From Bacteriovoracaceae bacterium (GTDB lineage: Bacteria; Bdellovibrionota; Bacteriovoracia; Bacteriovoracales; Bacteriovoracaceae), in the NCBI GenBank assembly GCA_041586955.1, contig JBFGZE010000014.1, positions 1-52,963 of the forward strand: a stretch of 52,963 bases of DNA, in the 5' to 3' direction. The notes beneath the pieces are model-generated. The model did no database searches, had not been told where the DNA came from, and was given only the letters and a program-made list of their open reading frames with translations. Positions 39,456-51,500 of the stretch are shown piece by piece. The position numbers and the translations under genes are program-made. Each line of letters starts with the position of its first letter. The first letter of the stretch is position 1.

Positions 39456-40151
39456 CTACTTAATATTTTTAATTTTAAGTAATTCCAATTCAAAAATAAT
39501 GGTCTCTCCGCCCAGAACCTTTGGTGGGGCACCGGCATCACCATAAGCGAGATCTGAAGGGGCGACTATCATGATTTTACCGCCTGGGCCGATATGAGAG
39601 AGTGCCTCTCTCCATGCTTTAAGCATCCCGGAATAGGGGTAAAAATAAGTGGGCTTAGCAGGTGTTTTTTCAAAAACGTCACCATTTATATGCATGGCCT
39701 TAAAGGCGAGAAGGGCACCTTGGCCATCTTGAATTCGTCTTTTTTTACCAGGGACGAGGACTTTATAATAAAGCCCGGATTCTGATTTCTCAAGGCCTTG
39801 TGCGCTCACAATCTCTTGAACCTTGCTAGCGCTTTCTGCGATCATTTTAGCGGCCTTCTCTTTTCTTTGTTCTTCAATAAGGTCCGCTAATTTTGCGGAC
39901 CAGGCCTGAATATTAACCTGTGCCTCTTTTCCTGCAAAAGAGTCTTGAGCACCGGCAATGAAGGCGGTGGTATCCTGAGCGGTTGGCGCGATCTTTTTGA
40001 TACGATCGCCATAACTATAGCCTTGAGCGTAGAAGATCTTTTCATTGATAGACATCTCAGCTGATTTTTTGACATCAACTTTTTTGGCCTTGGGGGCGTT
40101 ATCTTTTTTACAACTAACAATAAGCAAACTAAGTAATAAGAGGTATTTCAT
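39456..40151 (-). CDS. FKBP-type peptidyl-prolyl isomerase lipoprotein (FkpA/Mip-like)
   Basis: Lipobox IVS-C; 'SGLYYKVL..G', 'WREAL', 'PSDLAYG..G.PP', 'IIFELELL'. Confidence 0.9.
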   Translation of the reverse strand: MKYLLLLSLLIVSCKKDNAPKAKKVDVKKSAEMSINEKIFYAQGYSYGDRIKKIAPTAQDTTAFIAGAQDSFAGKEAQVNIQAWSAKLADLIEEQRKEKAAKMIAESASKVQEIVSAQGLEKSESGLYYKVLVPGKKRRIQDGQGALLAFKAMHINGDVFEKTPAKPTYFYPYSGMLKAWREALSHIGPGGKIMIVAPSDLAYGDAGAPPKVLGGETIIFELELLKIKNIK

Positions 40152-40166
40152 GTTTTTATCCTTCTT

Positions 40167-42308
40167 TTAAAAATTATATAGCATTCCAAGTTTCATTTTT
40201 GTTGTACTGGTATTCACACTTGTATCATCAACAGTAAAAGTGGTTCTGAAGTCTTCTCGATAAAGCTCGGCGAAGTAACTGGTTCTTCTACTGTGTTTAT
40301 AATCGAGACTACCAAAGATAGTTAAGTAGAAAGTATTTTTATGAGGGCCAAGAAGAGTTTGAGTATTTTCGGCATCAAATTTCGGGGAGGCGTAAGCTCC
40401 TGCATAGAAATGGGTTTGTTCATAAACGGGCATTTCTAAACGCATTCCGGCGAAGAACCCTCTATAAGTAATATCGCCAACTCCTAGAATACCAAGACTG
40501 CCAATATCAAGCTTTCTATGCATATGGCCTGCATAAACATCTATCAGCGAGATAAAGAGGTTTCCCTCTAGCATAAAGGAATAACCGAGCCCCGCCTTGA
40601 AATTATTATTCGCCAAATCAAACTTACTTATATTAGAAAAGCTTCGCTCCGATTCAATAATACCGACAAAGCCGAATGGAAGGAAAATATCGGCCCCTAG
40701 GAAAAGGGAGGGAACCGTTTTAGTGGTGGAGGAGGAGGCAATTGCTGTGAGATCCCCCGCTATCTTTCCCCGTACTAATTTTCGATTATTCTTAATATTA
40801 TGTTTGACGTAGACGGGCTTAATATCTTTGAGACGGTCATGTCCTGTTAATTGGACCCAATCACCCTTTTTAATAGGAATTTCCTCGGAGTATAATTTGA
40901 GAATACGACCGATAGAACCACTTTCTTTGATTTCAGAGAGGATTCCGCCACCAATTACCATTTTTTCCCAGCGCACAGAAAAGTCCTCGCCTTGTTGAAT
41001 CTGAACAATTTTGGTGGGGCGATAAATTTCAAAATATTGCTCATTTCTATGAATTGCTTTTTTTCCAAGGTCAATCAAGACACTGCCTTCAATCGATTCA
41101 ACCACAACAGCATCCATCGGCATTTGATGGACATATTGGAGTAGCCATTTAAAGAGAACATCGGTGATATACTCGGGCGTGGACTTATTGAGAATCTCGG
41201 CCCTTTTAAAATAGACATTAAAGCCATTTTCGCCATAAACAATAAGGTTGAGACGAGTTCCTAAGGCCATTTTCTCAATATTTACCTTGATCATCGTTCC
41301 TGCTGATAATTTTTTGGAAATGGTCCGCAAAACGTCAGGGGTTTGTAGGTATTGATCGAGATTGGAGCCATATTTCCCAAGGATATCGAAGAACTTTTTA
41401 TCATTTCGTAAATAGCACCACTTTCCGTTTTCGACTTTTTTGAGGAATTGCTCCCGAATCAGGTTTTGATCAGGGTGGTCGCCAATAAAGGGGAAAATCG
41501 CGCAAGCGCGTAGGGAATATTGATAATGGGTAGAGAAATCAATTCTCTTTTCAGTCTCAATAAGATCCATTTTTGAAGAGTTCTTTTTTATATTGAGAAG
41601 GGTGACTCCCATATCCTTATAATTGCCATAATCTTCAAAAACTTTATTATCATTATAAAGGTGGCCAATAAGAACACCGTCAACCGCCTTGTGAAAGATG
41701 CCGCGTAATTCGAAATGATTGATGCGTTTACAGGCCTTGGTGAGGCAATAAATTTTGAAATGTTTTCCGACATGCTGTTCCGAATGATAGTCGAGCGGGA
41801 ATTTGGTATAAATGGTTCTTTTATCAACTTTTACAATTTTACCGGTTTCAGGCAAATCATGAAAATAATCTTCTAACCAGCCAAACAACTTCCTGGTTGC
41901 AACTTTAAGGTTAATCGCTTGATTAATTGTTTTTCTAAAAATCTTTTCCCCTGTGTGCTTATAGATTACAAGAGAGAGGTAGGTTTGATTGGATAGCAGG
42001 CGCTTCATTTCCAAATAAATAATATGATCTGCTAGGGTTTGAGTACGAATCGCTTTGAGGGTCTTTTTATTGATGCCCTCACTTTTTTCGAGAATGGGGA
42101 TAATTTTTTCACTGGCAACCAGGTGTAGCTTTTTGGCAGTTAGAAAATTGCGAACTTTGAGGTAGAGAGCTTTTTGAAGAGCGTGATCTTTAGTCACCGG
42201 TGGGTGAATGAAGTATTTAAGGAGCTGAGCGGGAACTTGGTCCTCCGCTTTGATCGCTTGGAAAAATATGGCCCATAGTGTAAAGGCAATAATTTTAAAT
42301 GTTTTCAT
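40167..42308 (-). CDS. Exported protein with duplicated periplasmic module and probable C-terminal outer-membrane beta-barrel
   Basis: Signal peptide; two similar segments 'WLEDYFHDLPETGKIV' / 'WLLQYVHQMPMDAVVV'; alternating beta-strands ending in 'LGMLYNF'. Confidence 0.6.
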   Translation of the reverse strand: MKTFKIIAFTLWAIFFQAIKAEDQVPAQLLKYFIHPPVTKDHALQKALYLKVRNFLTAKKLHLVASEKIIPILEKSEGINKKTLKAIRTQTLADHIIYLEMKRLLSNQTYLSLVIYKHTGEKIFRKTINQAINLKVATRKLFGWLEDYFHDLPETGKIVKVDKRTIYTKFPLDYHSEQHVGKHFKIYCLTKACKRINHFELRGIFHKAVDGVLIGHLYNDNKVFEDYGNYKDMGVTLLNIKKNSSKMDLIETEKRIDFSTHYQYSLRACAIFPFIGDHPDQNLIREQFLKKVENGKWCYLRNDKKFFDILGKYGSNLDQYLQTPDVLRTISKKLSAGTMIKVNIEKMALGTRLNLIVYGENGFNVYFKRAEILNKSTPEYITDVLFKWLLQYVHQMPMDAVVVESIEGSVLIDLGKKAIHRNEQYFEIYRPTKIVQIQQGEDFSVRWEKMVIGGGILSEIKESGSIGRILKLYSEEIPIKKGDWVQLTGHDRLKDIKPVYVKHNIKNNRKLVRGKIAGDLTAIASSSTTKTVPSLFLGADIFLPFGFVGIIESERSFSNISKFDLANNNFKAGLGYSFMLEGNLFISLIDVYAGHMHRKLDIGSLGILGVGDITYRGFFAGMRLEMPVYEQTHFYAGAYASPKFDAENTQTLLGPHKNTFYLTIFGSLDYKHSRRTSYFAELYREDFRTTFTVDDTSVNTSTTKMKLGMLYNF

Positions 42309-42588
42309 GCCTTGAGTATAACGTGAGAAGTCATGGATGAAAAATAGGCAAAAGTGGTTATACACCTTCAGGCGGTTATTTCTTGTGGAGAACTAAAATT
42401 GTCAGGCTTACCAGGAGAGTCACTAGAGTAAATATTAAAATAAATAGAAGAAAGGAATCAAAAGAATGATTGTTTAATGGGGCCATACTTTTACTGTAAT
42501 TTTTTAAAAGCTATAATCATCTTCTTTTAAACTAGACCAATCTTTTTGCTCAGGGTTTTTCTTAGCAAATATGAGGTAATCATATTAT

Positions 42589-45500
42589 TTATTGTTTCTT
42601 GATGATCATGAGCTGTGCGGGGTCACTAGAGGTCACAGTGGTTGTCACAATCTCTGTTTCATCTTCTGTCGTTAGCGTAATGACATCATTAACGCTGAGG
42701 CCATCAAGAGAAATTTGCATATTACAAGAACTTTCAAGATGGAGGTCGCCGCTGACAGATCCTCTCATAAAGTTAGAGCTACATTCACCGCCACTAACAG
42801 GAGCTCCATTGACAAGAACTTTGACCACGTGGTTAGCACGATCGGTTGTAGATACTCTGGTGACATGAGAAGAATAGTTAAGAAGGTAATCCCCATCTTT
42901 TAAAACCGTTATTTGATGGTTATTAACACCGGTATTATGAGAATACACGGTATTATCAATAGTGGACTGAGTATCCCAACCAACGTTATCTGTCGCTGTC
43001 CAATCGGCAGGTCCTGGAGATGTTAAAACAAGAGTATCACTTGTGGTATCAATTTTTTCGATAATAATCTGGGCCTCTCTCGTTACAGCGTCGTCATTAT
43101 CGACCATAATAAGGAGACCTTGAGAATTATCATTAGTTGAACCACTGACATCAATGGTGAGAACTTGACCAGCTGCCGCGGTGATAAGACCGGTAAAAGT
43201 TGTGCTGCCTTGTTCAGAGCCGTTGGCGCAGCGGCTATAACCATTGGCACCAATGGCGCTTGTGACATCACCACCATCTAATTGGGCCCTAAGACGGACA
43301 CCACCACGTTTATTCGCCCCACAGCCAGTGTTGGTATAGAAGGGGACATTGACACTGACATAATAAGTGCCGGCATTAACAAGAGTAATGTTTTCAGGGT
43401 TTGTAGCATTGTCATGGGTAAAATCAGCGTCTTTAATAGTATCGGTCCATTCCATCGGTGATGTTGCCGCGGTATTAAAGTCTGTACCACCAACGGTTCT
43501 TGTTCCTGTCGCTTTGAATATTGAACGAGATGGTTTGATATATTCCATATAAATGTTTGCACCATTAGATACAATGAGACCGGCAACAGCAGTAAGTTTG
43601 GTTTTTACTGTTATGACATCGTTGGCGGTGAGGTTTAGGATACCTGTAATGGAGTTAGAAGATTGACGTTGGTTATCGGCATTTCTAATATAAGCGGTAT
43701 TGGTTCTAAATTCAGATTGTAAAGCGCCGTTAACAAAAACATCCATCCCAATATTGGCTTGTGCACCACCACCTACTGAAGGAGATTCAAGTGGAGAGTT
43801 AAGTGAAATGAGGTATTCTCCAGTCACCTTAACCGTAATCTGATGAGCATTTGTCGATGTTGAGTGAGAAAAATAGCCACCATCTAGGCGAGAGTAATCA
43901 CTGAATGAGATTTCATCTCCGGCAGAAAGGTTAAAGTTAAAGCGATCAGCACCAGACGCTGTCGTTTGACTACCTATGGCGACAATGAATGGAGGTGAAC
44001 TAATACTCCAAGCGGCCGATGCCGTATAAGCTGATTCAAGGCCGGCAGCATCTACTGTTTTTACAAGTGTGTAATAATTGGTATCAAGTAAGAGATTGAG
44101 GCCTGACATATTGGCCGATGTGACGTTTCCAACATCGGTCCAACCACCACCAGTGATAATATTCGCATCACTTGTTGTGGTGGAAATGGCGATCTCATAA
44201 TGATCAAGAGTACAATTATCCGTCATTGCATCCCAATCAGTTGTAATACTTGTTATTGTAGTGGCGTCACTTGGTGATGCTAATACAACCCCTGTTGGCT
44301 GTGCTGGAGCTGTATTATCCCATTTAAACCCAGTTCCCTCAGTGACAACTGTCGAGATATTTCCGGCTGCATCATGAGTTCTTGCCGATGGATAAAGAGT
44401 TGAACATTCTGATGCCGGGGTAATTCCTGTAAAAGTATGACTTGTTCCGGTCGCAACATTAGTCCAGCCCGAAATCTCATTACCACCAACTGTGGTACCA
44501 AGTGCGACCTCGACATGATCAAAAGTTGTTCCTGGATTAGTCCAGCTAAATAAAGGTGCCGCAATTGGAGTTGCACCAGTGGCCCAATTGGCCGCGAGAG
44601 TTTCACTTGTTACAGGGTCCGGGTTAACAAGGTCAATATTCATGCCACCTGAACAAGCTGAAGTGGTTGTGTTGCCGGCATCATCGGTAATAATAATTTT
44701 GTGATAATAGGTATTGGCATGGGCCGCCGTTGTAAAGGCGTCGGTTGTGGCTGCATTACCAAGACTATTCGTGGTTCCCGTAGAGACACTACAAGCAGCA
44801 TCTGTGTAATAGGTGATATCTTGCGAGGCAACGTCTGTATCGACAGAAAGGGTCCATGTGGAGTTAATTGTCGTCGCATTATAAGGAGAAGTCTCCGCCC
44901 AACCAAGCCCTGTGACAGCAGCTGGTGCAGATGTATCGATGAGCATTGCTGCAGAACAAGCGGAATCTGTTTCGTTCGCAGCACCATCTATAGAAACGAC
45001 CATGAAGTAATAAGTTGTTCCATCTGCGCCGGCGAACGAATCATTTGTTGCCACAGCTGATTTGGCCGAAGATGAAGCCGGTGCACCACTACAAGTTGCA
45101 TTGGTAAAGTATTCCACTCGTTGAGAGCTAATATCTGTTGAAGTTGATACACTCCAAGTAGAAGTAACAGTGTTAGAATTATAAGGAGTTGATTCAAACC
45201 AGGCAATGGCCGTCGCGGCGTTTGGTGCCACAGTATCGACGTCAATTGTTCCCGAACAAGCGGATGCAGTGACGTTACCGGCATTATCTGTGGTGGTCAC
45301 AATATAAGAATAGGTATTGCCATTTGTTACACTGGCCAATGATTGGCTTGTCGCCGCTGCGCCAAGAGCAACTGGTCCGCCTGTGGCACTAGAGCAGGTT
45401 CCATTATCATGGAATTGAATAGATTGTGAGGCGACGTCTGGTGAACCACCTAATGTCCAATTGGCATTAATTGTGGTTGCCGAGGTTGCTGTTCCCTCCG

Positions 45501-48500
45501 CCCATACTAAGGTATTAGCGGCCGTAGGAGCGGTGAGGTCAAGTTCGATTTGCGCGGAACAGGCCGTGTCGCTGGTATTCCCAGCATTATCTGTGGTTGT
45601 AATAATGAAGCTGTACTTTTTCGTATTAGCACCACTGGTGTAATTATAGGTTCCTGTACCGGCAGCAAGAACAACGGTTGCTGTGGCAGCCCCGCCACAA
45701 ATGGCATCATCTTCCCAAATCTTAATCGTTTCACTGGCTACGTCACCTGAAGCTGACGATGTCCAATTGGCATTAATGGAGAGGTCAGTATCATAAGCTC
45801 CTTCTGCCCATGAGATACCAGTTGCTGCTGTTGGAGCATCTGTATCGATTGTAATGGTACCAGAGCAGCCAGATACCGATGAGTTACTAGCGCCATCAAA
45901 GGATGTAATTTTATAAGAATAAGTATTGGTATTGGTTACACCGGCGAGAGATTGCGTCTCGGTTGCAGCGGCCAGAGCAATTGAGGAACCAAAAGTGGTT
46001 GTACACGTTCCATCAGAATAGAATTGGATTGATTGGCTGGCCAAGTCAGCATCAGTTGATTTATCCCAATCCGCAGTGACACTCGCACCTGAAAAGGGAT
46101 CAGACTCTTGCCACGATAAGTTCGTGGGAAGGGCCGGTGGATTGACATCGATAAAGATTGAAGCTGAGCACCCTGAAACGGTCGAGTTACCGGCGTCATC
46201 AATGGTCGTTATTTTATAGGTATAATCGTTATTCGAAACACCGCCTGCGAAACTATATGAATTAGCGTTATCGGCAAGTCCGGTTGCTGTATCTACTGGT
46301 GCACCACCACACGCATTAGATTGGTAAATATTAATTTCTTGGCTAGCGACATCACCTGAAGTGGACGCTGTCCAATTGGGATTAATAGGTGAGCTATTCG
46401 ATGTGGCGCCTTCGGCCCAAATCATCGCCGTTGAAGAAAGTGGTGCTGTTGTATCGATCAGAAGAGCATTAGAACAAGCGGATCCTGTTTCATTACCTGC
46501 TGAATCAATAGCGTAGACTTTATAAGAATGGGTTAATGCGTTGGTTCCCGTGAAATTATCGGAAGTCGCAGCAGCACCAACTGTACCTGAAGAGGCGACA
46601 ACACCGGCACAAGTTCCGTCATCGTAATAATCAACACGATGTGAGGCGACATCACCTGAGCCACCAAGGGTCCAAGTTGATGTCACTGCAGTATTATTGT
46701 GTGGCGAAGCTTGAGTCCAAACCGGAGCTGTCGGAGCATTTGGTGCTGTCACGTCAATGGCCATTACAGGAGAACAAGCGGAATTCGTAAAGTTTCCGGC
46801 AGTATCGGTTGTTTTCACTAAGTAGTAGAAAGAGTTTCCATCTATACCGGTGAAGTTATTTGTTGTGGCCGCGGCACCGATGGTATTAGATGTACCCTCT
46901 GCTGCGGTACAACTCGCATCTGTGTAGTAGATAACTGTTTGACTGGCAACATCACCTGAACCAGATACGCTCCAAGATGAAGTGACAGCGGTATTATCAT
47001 GAGGTGAAACTTCAACCCAGCTGATAGCAGTTGCCGCTAATGGCGCTGCAGTATCGATATTCATAACACTGGAGCAAGCAGAAGTGGTTGAGTTATTAGC
47101 AGTATCATAAGTAACGATATGAAAATAATACGAAGAACCATTTGTTCCAGTAAAGGCATGAGTCGCGACTCCGGTACCAAGGCCTGTGGCCGAGGTCCCT
47201 TCAACAACTGTACAGGCGGCATCAATATAGTAAATAATATCTTGTGAGGCGATGTCGCCAGATGTTGAGACGGTCCAGTTCGCGTTAACACCCGTCGCAT
47301 TATGAGGAGATGTCTCGGCCCAGCTAAGTGCTGTGGCAGCTGACGGAGCAGCTGTATCGATGCTCATGATGGCGGAACAAGCAGAAGTTGTTTCATTATC
47401 TGCATTATCAATGGCCGTTGACGTGAAATAATAACTATTGCCATTGGCCCCTGTGAATGAATCTGTTGTGGCAACGGCCGCGACAGAATTGCTGGTTCCT
47501 GCTGTGACGGAACAAAGAACGTCAGTATAATAATCGATTCTTTGTGAAGCGATATCTGGAGACGTCGATACTGTCCAAGTAGCAGTTACAGTGGCATTAT
47601 TTGAAGGTGTCGCTTCTACCCATGCTGGAGCAGTTGGCGCTAATGGTGCTGATGTATCAATTTTCATGAGCGCAGAACAGGCAGAGGTTGTATCGTTATC
47701 GGCAGTATCATAGGAGGTAATGGTGTAATAATAATCATTAGCATCGAGACCCGCGAAATTATGAGTATTTGTTCCGGGGGGTAACCCTGCTTGTGAAGTG
47801 CCTTCCACTGTCGTACACGAAGCATCTGTATAATAAATAATTGTCTGGGTATCAAGGTCTGCGGCCGCAGAGACGGTCCATGAAGCAGTGACATTTACAT
47901 TATCATGAGGTGATGTTTCACTCCATCCAAGAGCTGTTGCCGCAGCAGGTGCTGAGGTGTCGATACTCATGATTGGTGAACAAGCAGAGGAGGTGGCATT
48001 ATCGGCAGTATCAATGGCCGTTACTGTGAAGTAATAATCATTGCCATTTGAACCTGTAAAGCTATTCGTCGCTGTTGCTGGAAGGATACCTGTATCAGTA
48101 GTTCCTTGAAGCGTTGTACAAGTCGGATTGGTATAATAGGTTACTGTTTGTGAAGCAATATCCCCAGCACCAGAAATAGTCCAAGTTGAAGTTACGACAA
48201 GTCCATCATGAGGAGAAGCTTCTGACCAACCAAGAGTTGTTGGAGCGGCCGGGAAAGTCGTGTCAATTGCCATAGCAGCAGAGCAACCTGATGTACTGAC
48301 GTTAGTGGCCGTATCTCTTGACGCAATTGTATAATAGAAGCTTGCACCATTTGATCCTGTAAAGGAATGAGTGGCAGTCGCTGCTGATACAACAGCTGAT
48401 GTTCCTTGTGGAGTGGTACAGCTCGCGTCTGTATAATAAGTAATTGTCTGATCAGCAAGGTCAGCAGAAACAGATGGAGTCCAAGCGGCGGTTACTGCAG

Positions 48501-51500
48501 TCGCATCATGAGGGCTGACTTCTGACCAGCCAAGTGCTGTGGCATTGGCGGGAGGAGTGGCATCGATGAACATACTGGAAGAACAAGCAGAAGTCGTTAT
48601 ATTACCGGCATCATCAATGGTGTCGATCTCGTAATAGTAAGTGTTATTACTAACCCCGGTAAAAGCATTTGCCGCAACAGTATCTCCAAGACCAGACGTT
48701 GAGGTCCCTTCAACAGTTGTACAAGTTGCATCAGTATAATAGGTGATAGTCTGAGATGCCACATCAGTTGATGTTGAAACCGTCCAATTAGCATTAACAT
48801 TTACGGCATTCGAAGATGACCCTTCTGCCCAACCAAGTACTGTTGCTGCGTTAGGAGCAGTTGTATCAATTAATATTACGGAAGAACAAGTAGACGTTCC
48901 TTCGTTACTAGCAGCATCGATGGCCGTCACTGTGAAATAATAAGAGTTTCCGTTACTACCAGTGAAAGAGTCTGAAGTTGGAGCAGAACCAATAGTATTT
49001 GATGTTCCTTCAGCTGTGGAACAAGTGGCATCTGTATAATAATCTATTCTTTGGTTAACGACATCACCAGCACCAGAAACGGTCCAGGTGGCGGTAATTG
49101 TTGTTGTATTATGAGGTGTACTCTCTGACCAGGCCGGAACAGTAGGGGCAGCAGGAGCTGTTGTATCAATACCCATAATTGTTGAACAGGCCGAATCGGT
49201 AACGTTATCAGCTGTATCAGTTGTTCTGACTAAGTAATAATAAGAGTTATTGTCCGCGCCAGTAAATGGATTGGTTGTTGCAGCAGCACCAATCGTGTTG
49301 GAAGTCCCTTCAGCTGCTGTACAACTGGCATCGGTATAATAAATAATAGTTTGGCTAGCAACATCCCCAGAGCCTGATACGGCCCAAGATGAAGTAACAG
49401 CTGTATTATCATGAGGTGACACTTCAACCCATACTGGAGCAGTTGCCGCTAACGGGGGAGAAGTATCGATCGTCATGACTGCCGAACAACTAGAAACGGT
49501 TGAGTTGCTGGCATTATCATATGTTGTAATCTTATAATAATAATTTGACCCATTTGTTCCCGTAAAGGCATGGGACGCAACTGCGGGACCTAGTCCGGTC
49601 GCACTCGTTCCTTCTGCTGTGGTACAGCCAGCATCTGTATAATAGACGATGTCTTGAGTGGCGACATCTCCTGAAGTAGAAACTGTCCAATTGGTATTAA
49701 TACCAGTGGCATTATGTGGAGTTGTTTCGGCCCAAACTAATGCTGTTGCTGCATTGGGTGCCGTTGTATCTAAAAGGATCGCCGCTGAACAAGCACTGGC
49801 CGTTTCGTTGGTCGCGTTGTCGATGGCCGTGACTTTGAAATAATAGGTATTGCCATCTGCTCCAGTAAAAGAGTCTGTTGTGGCCACACTTGATTTAGCA
49901 TTCGAAGTCCCTTCAGCGACTGTACAAGCAGCATCTGTAAAATAATCAACTCGTTGACTACCAATATCAGGTGAGCCGGAAACCGTCCATGAGGCGGTTA
50001 CTGTGGCACTTGAGCTTGGCGACGACTCAACCCAAGCTGGAACTGTTGGAGCCGCTGGAGCTGTTGTATCAATAGTCATAATAGCAGAACAAGCAGAAAC
50101 CGTTGCGTTCCCTGCCGTATCTGTCGTTGTGACTTCATAATAATAAGAGTTGCCATCCGTACCAGTTGTAAATGAATCACTCACGGCCGCAGCCGAGAGA
50201 GCATTACTTGTTCCTTCAGCAGTTGTACAAGAAGCATCTGTATAATAGTCAATATTTTGACTGGCAATATCTGTGGAGTTTGAAAGTGTCCAGCTGGCAG
50301 TAACTGTCGTTGTTTTATGGGGTGATGTTTCAGACCAGCCCAAGGCGGTAGCAGCGTTAGGTGCGGTTGTATCAATACTCATAATAGATGAACAGGCCGA
50401 ATTAGTCGCGTTATCTGCCGTATCTATAGTGGTAATGATATAATAAAAATCACTTGCATTAGTACCAGTAAAGGCGTGAGTGGCAGTTGCTGGTAAAAGA
50501 CCCGTTGCCGATGTTCCTTCAGCCGCCGTACAAGTTGGGTTGGTATAATAAGTAATGGTTTGTGAGGCGACATCACCAGCACCCGAAACGGTCCAAGCAG
50601 CATTCACAGAAACGGCATTATGAGGAGTGACCTCTGTCCAGCCAATACCCGTTGCGGCAGCAGGAAAAACAGTGTCGATCGACATAATTGCTGAACAGGC
50701 AGAGTTGGTATTATTACCAGCATTATCTGTTGAGGTAATGAGGTAATAATAATCGGCGCCATTATTACCGGAAAAAGAGTGGCTATTTGTCGCTGCAGAA
50801 AGCGCTTGAGAAGTCCCTTCAGGAGCTGTACAAGCAGCGTCTGTATAATAAACAATCGTTTGTGAACCAAGGTCTGCAGAGACAGAAATGGTCCAGCTGG
50901 CATTAACTGCAGTGGCATTATGAGGAGATACTTCTAACCAGCCAAGAGCTGTTGCCGCTGCTGGAGGAGTTGCATCAATAAACATACTGGCAGAACAGGC
51001 CGAATCAGTGGAGTTTCCAGCATCATCAATAGTTGTAATTTCATAATAATAAGTACTATTAGAGGCACCAGTAAAAGCATGGGTTGCTACCGCATCTCCA
51101 AGGCCTGAAGCAGAAGTTCCTTCTGCGGTTGAACAAGTGGCATCAGTATAATAGGTGATGGTTTGCGAGGCGACATCAGTTGAGGTTGATACCGTCCAAT
51201 TGGCGTTAACATTGGTATTTAAAGATGATGAGCCTTCTGCCCAAACAGCTGCTGTTGCAGCATTTGGTGGAGTGGTATCAATCAGCATGGCAGCGGAACA
51301 AGCAGATGTTCCTTCGTTGCTGGCGGCATCAATTGCAGTGACGGTGAAGTAATAAGAATTGGCATCTGATCCGGTAAATGAATCAGAGGTTGGAGCTGAA
51401 CCAATAGTATTTGATGTCCCTTGAGCTGTCGAACAAGTGGCGTCTGTATAATAATCTATTCTTTGGTTAACGACATCACCAGCACCAGAAACGGTCCAGG

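Noticed and set aside
39251..39546. Two overlapping ORFs (97 aa minus, 83 aa plus) between nusB and FKBP
   Set aside because: Both overlap the FKBP 3' end and lack recognisable features; more likely nusB promoter/UTR
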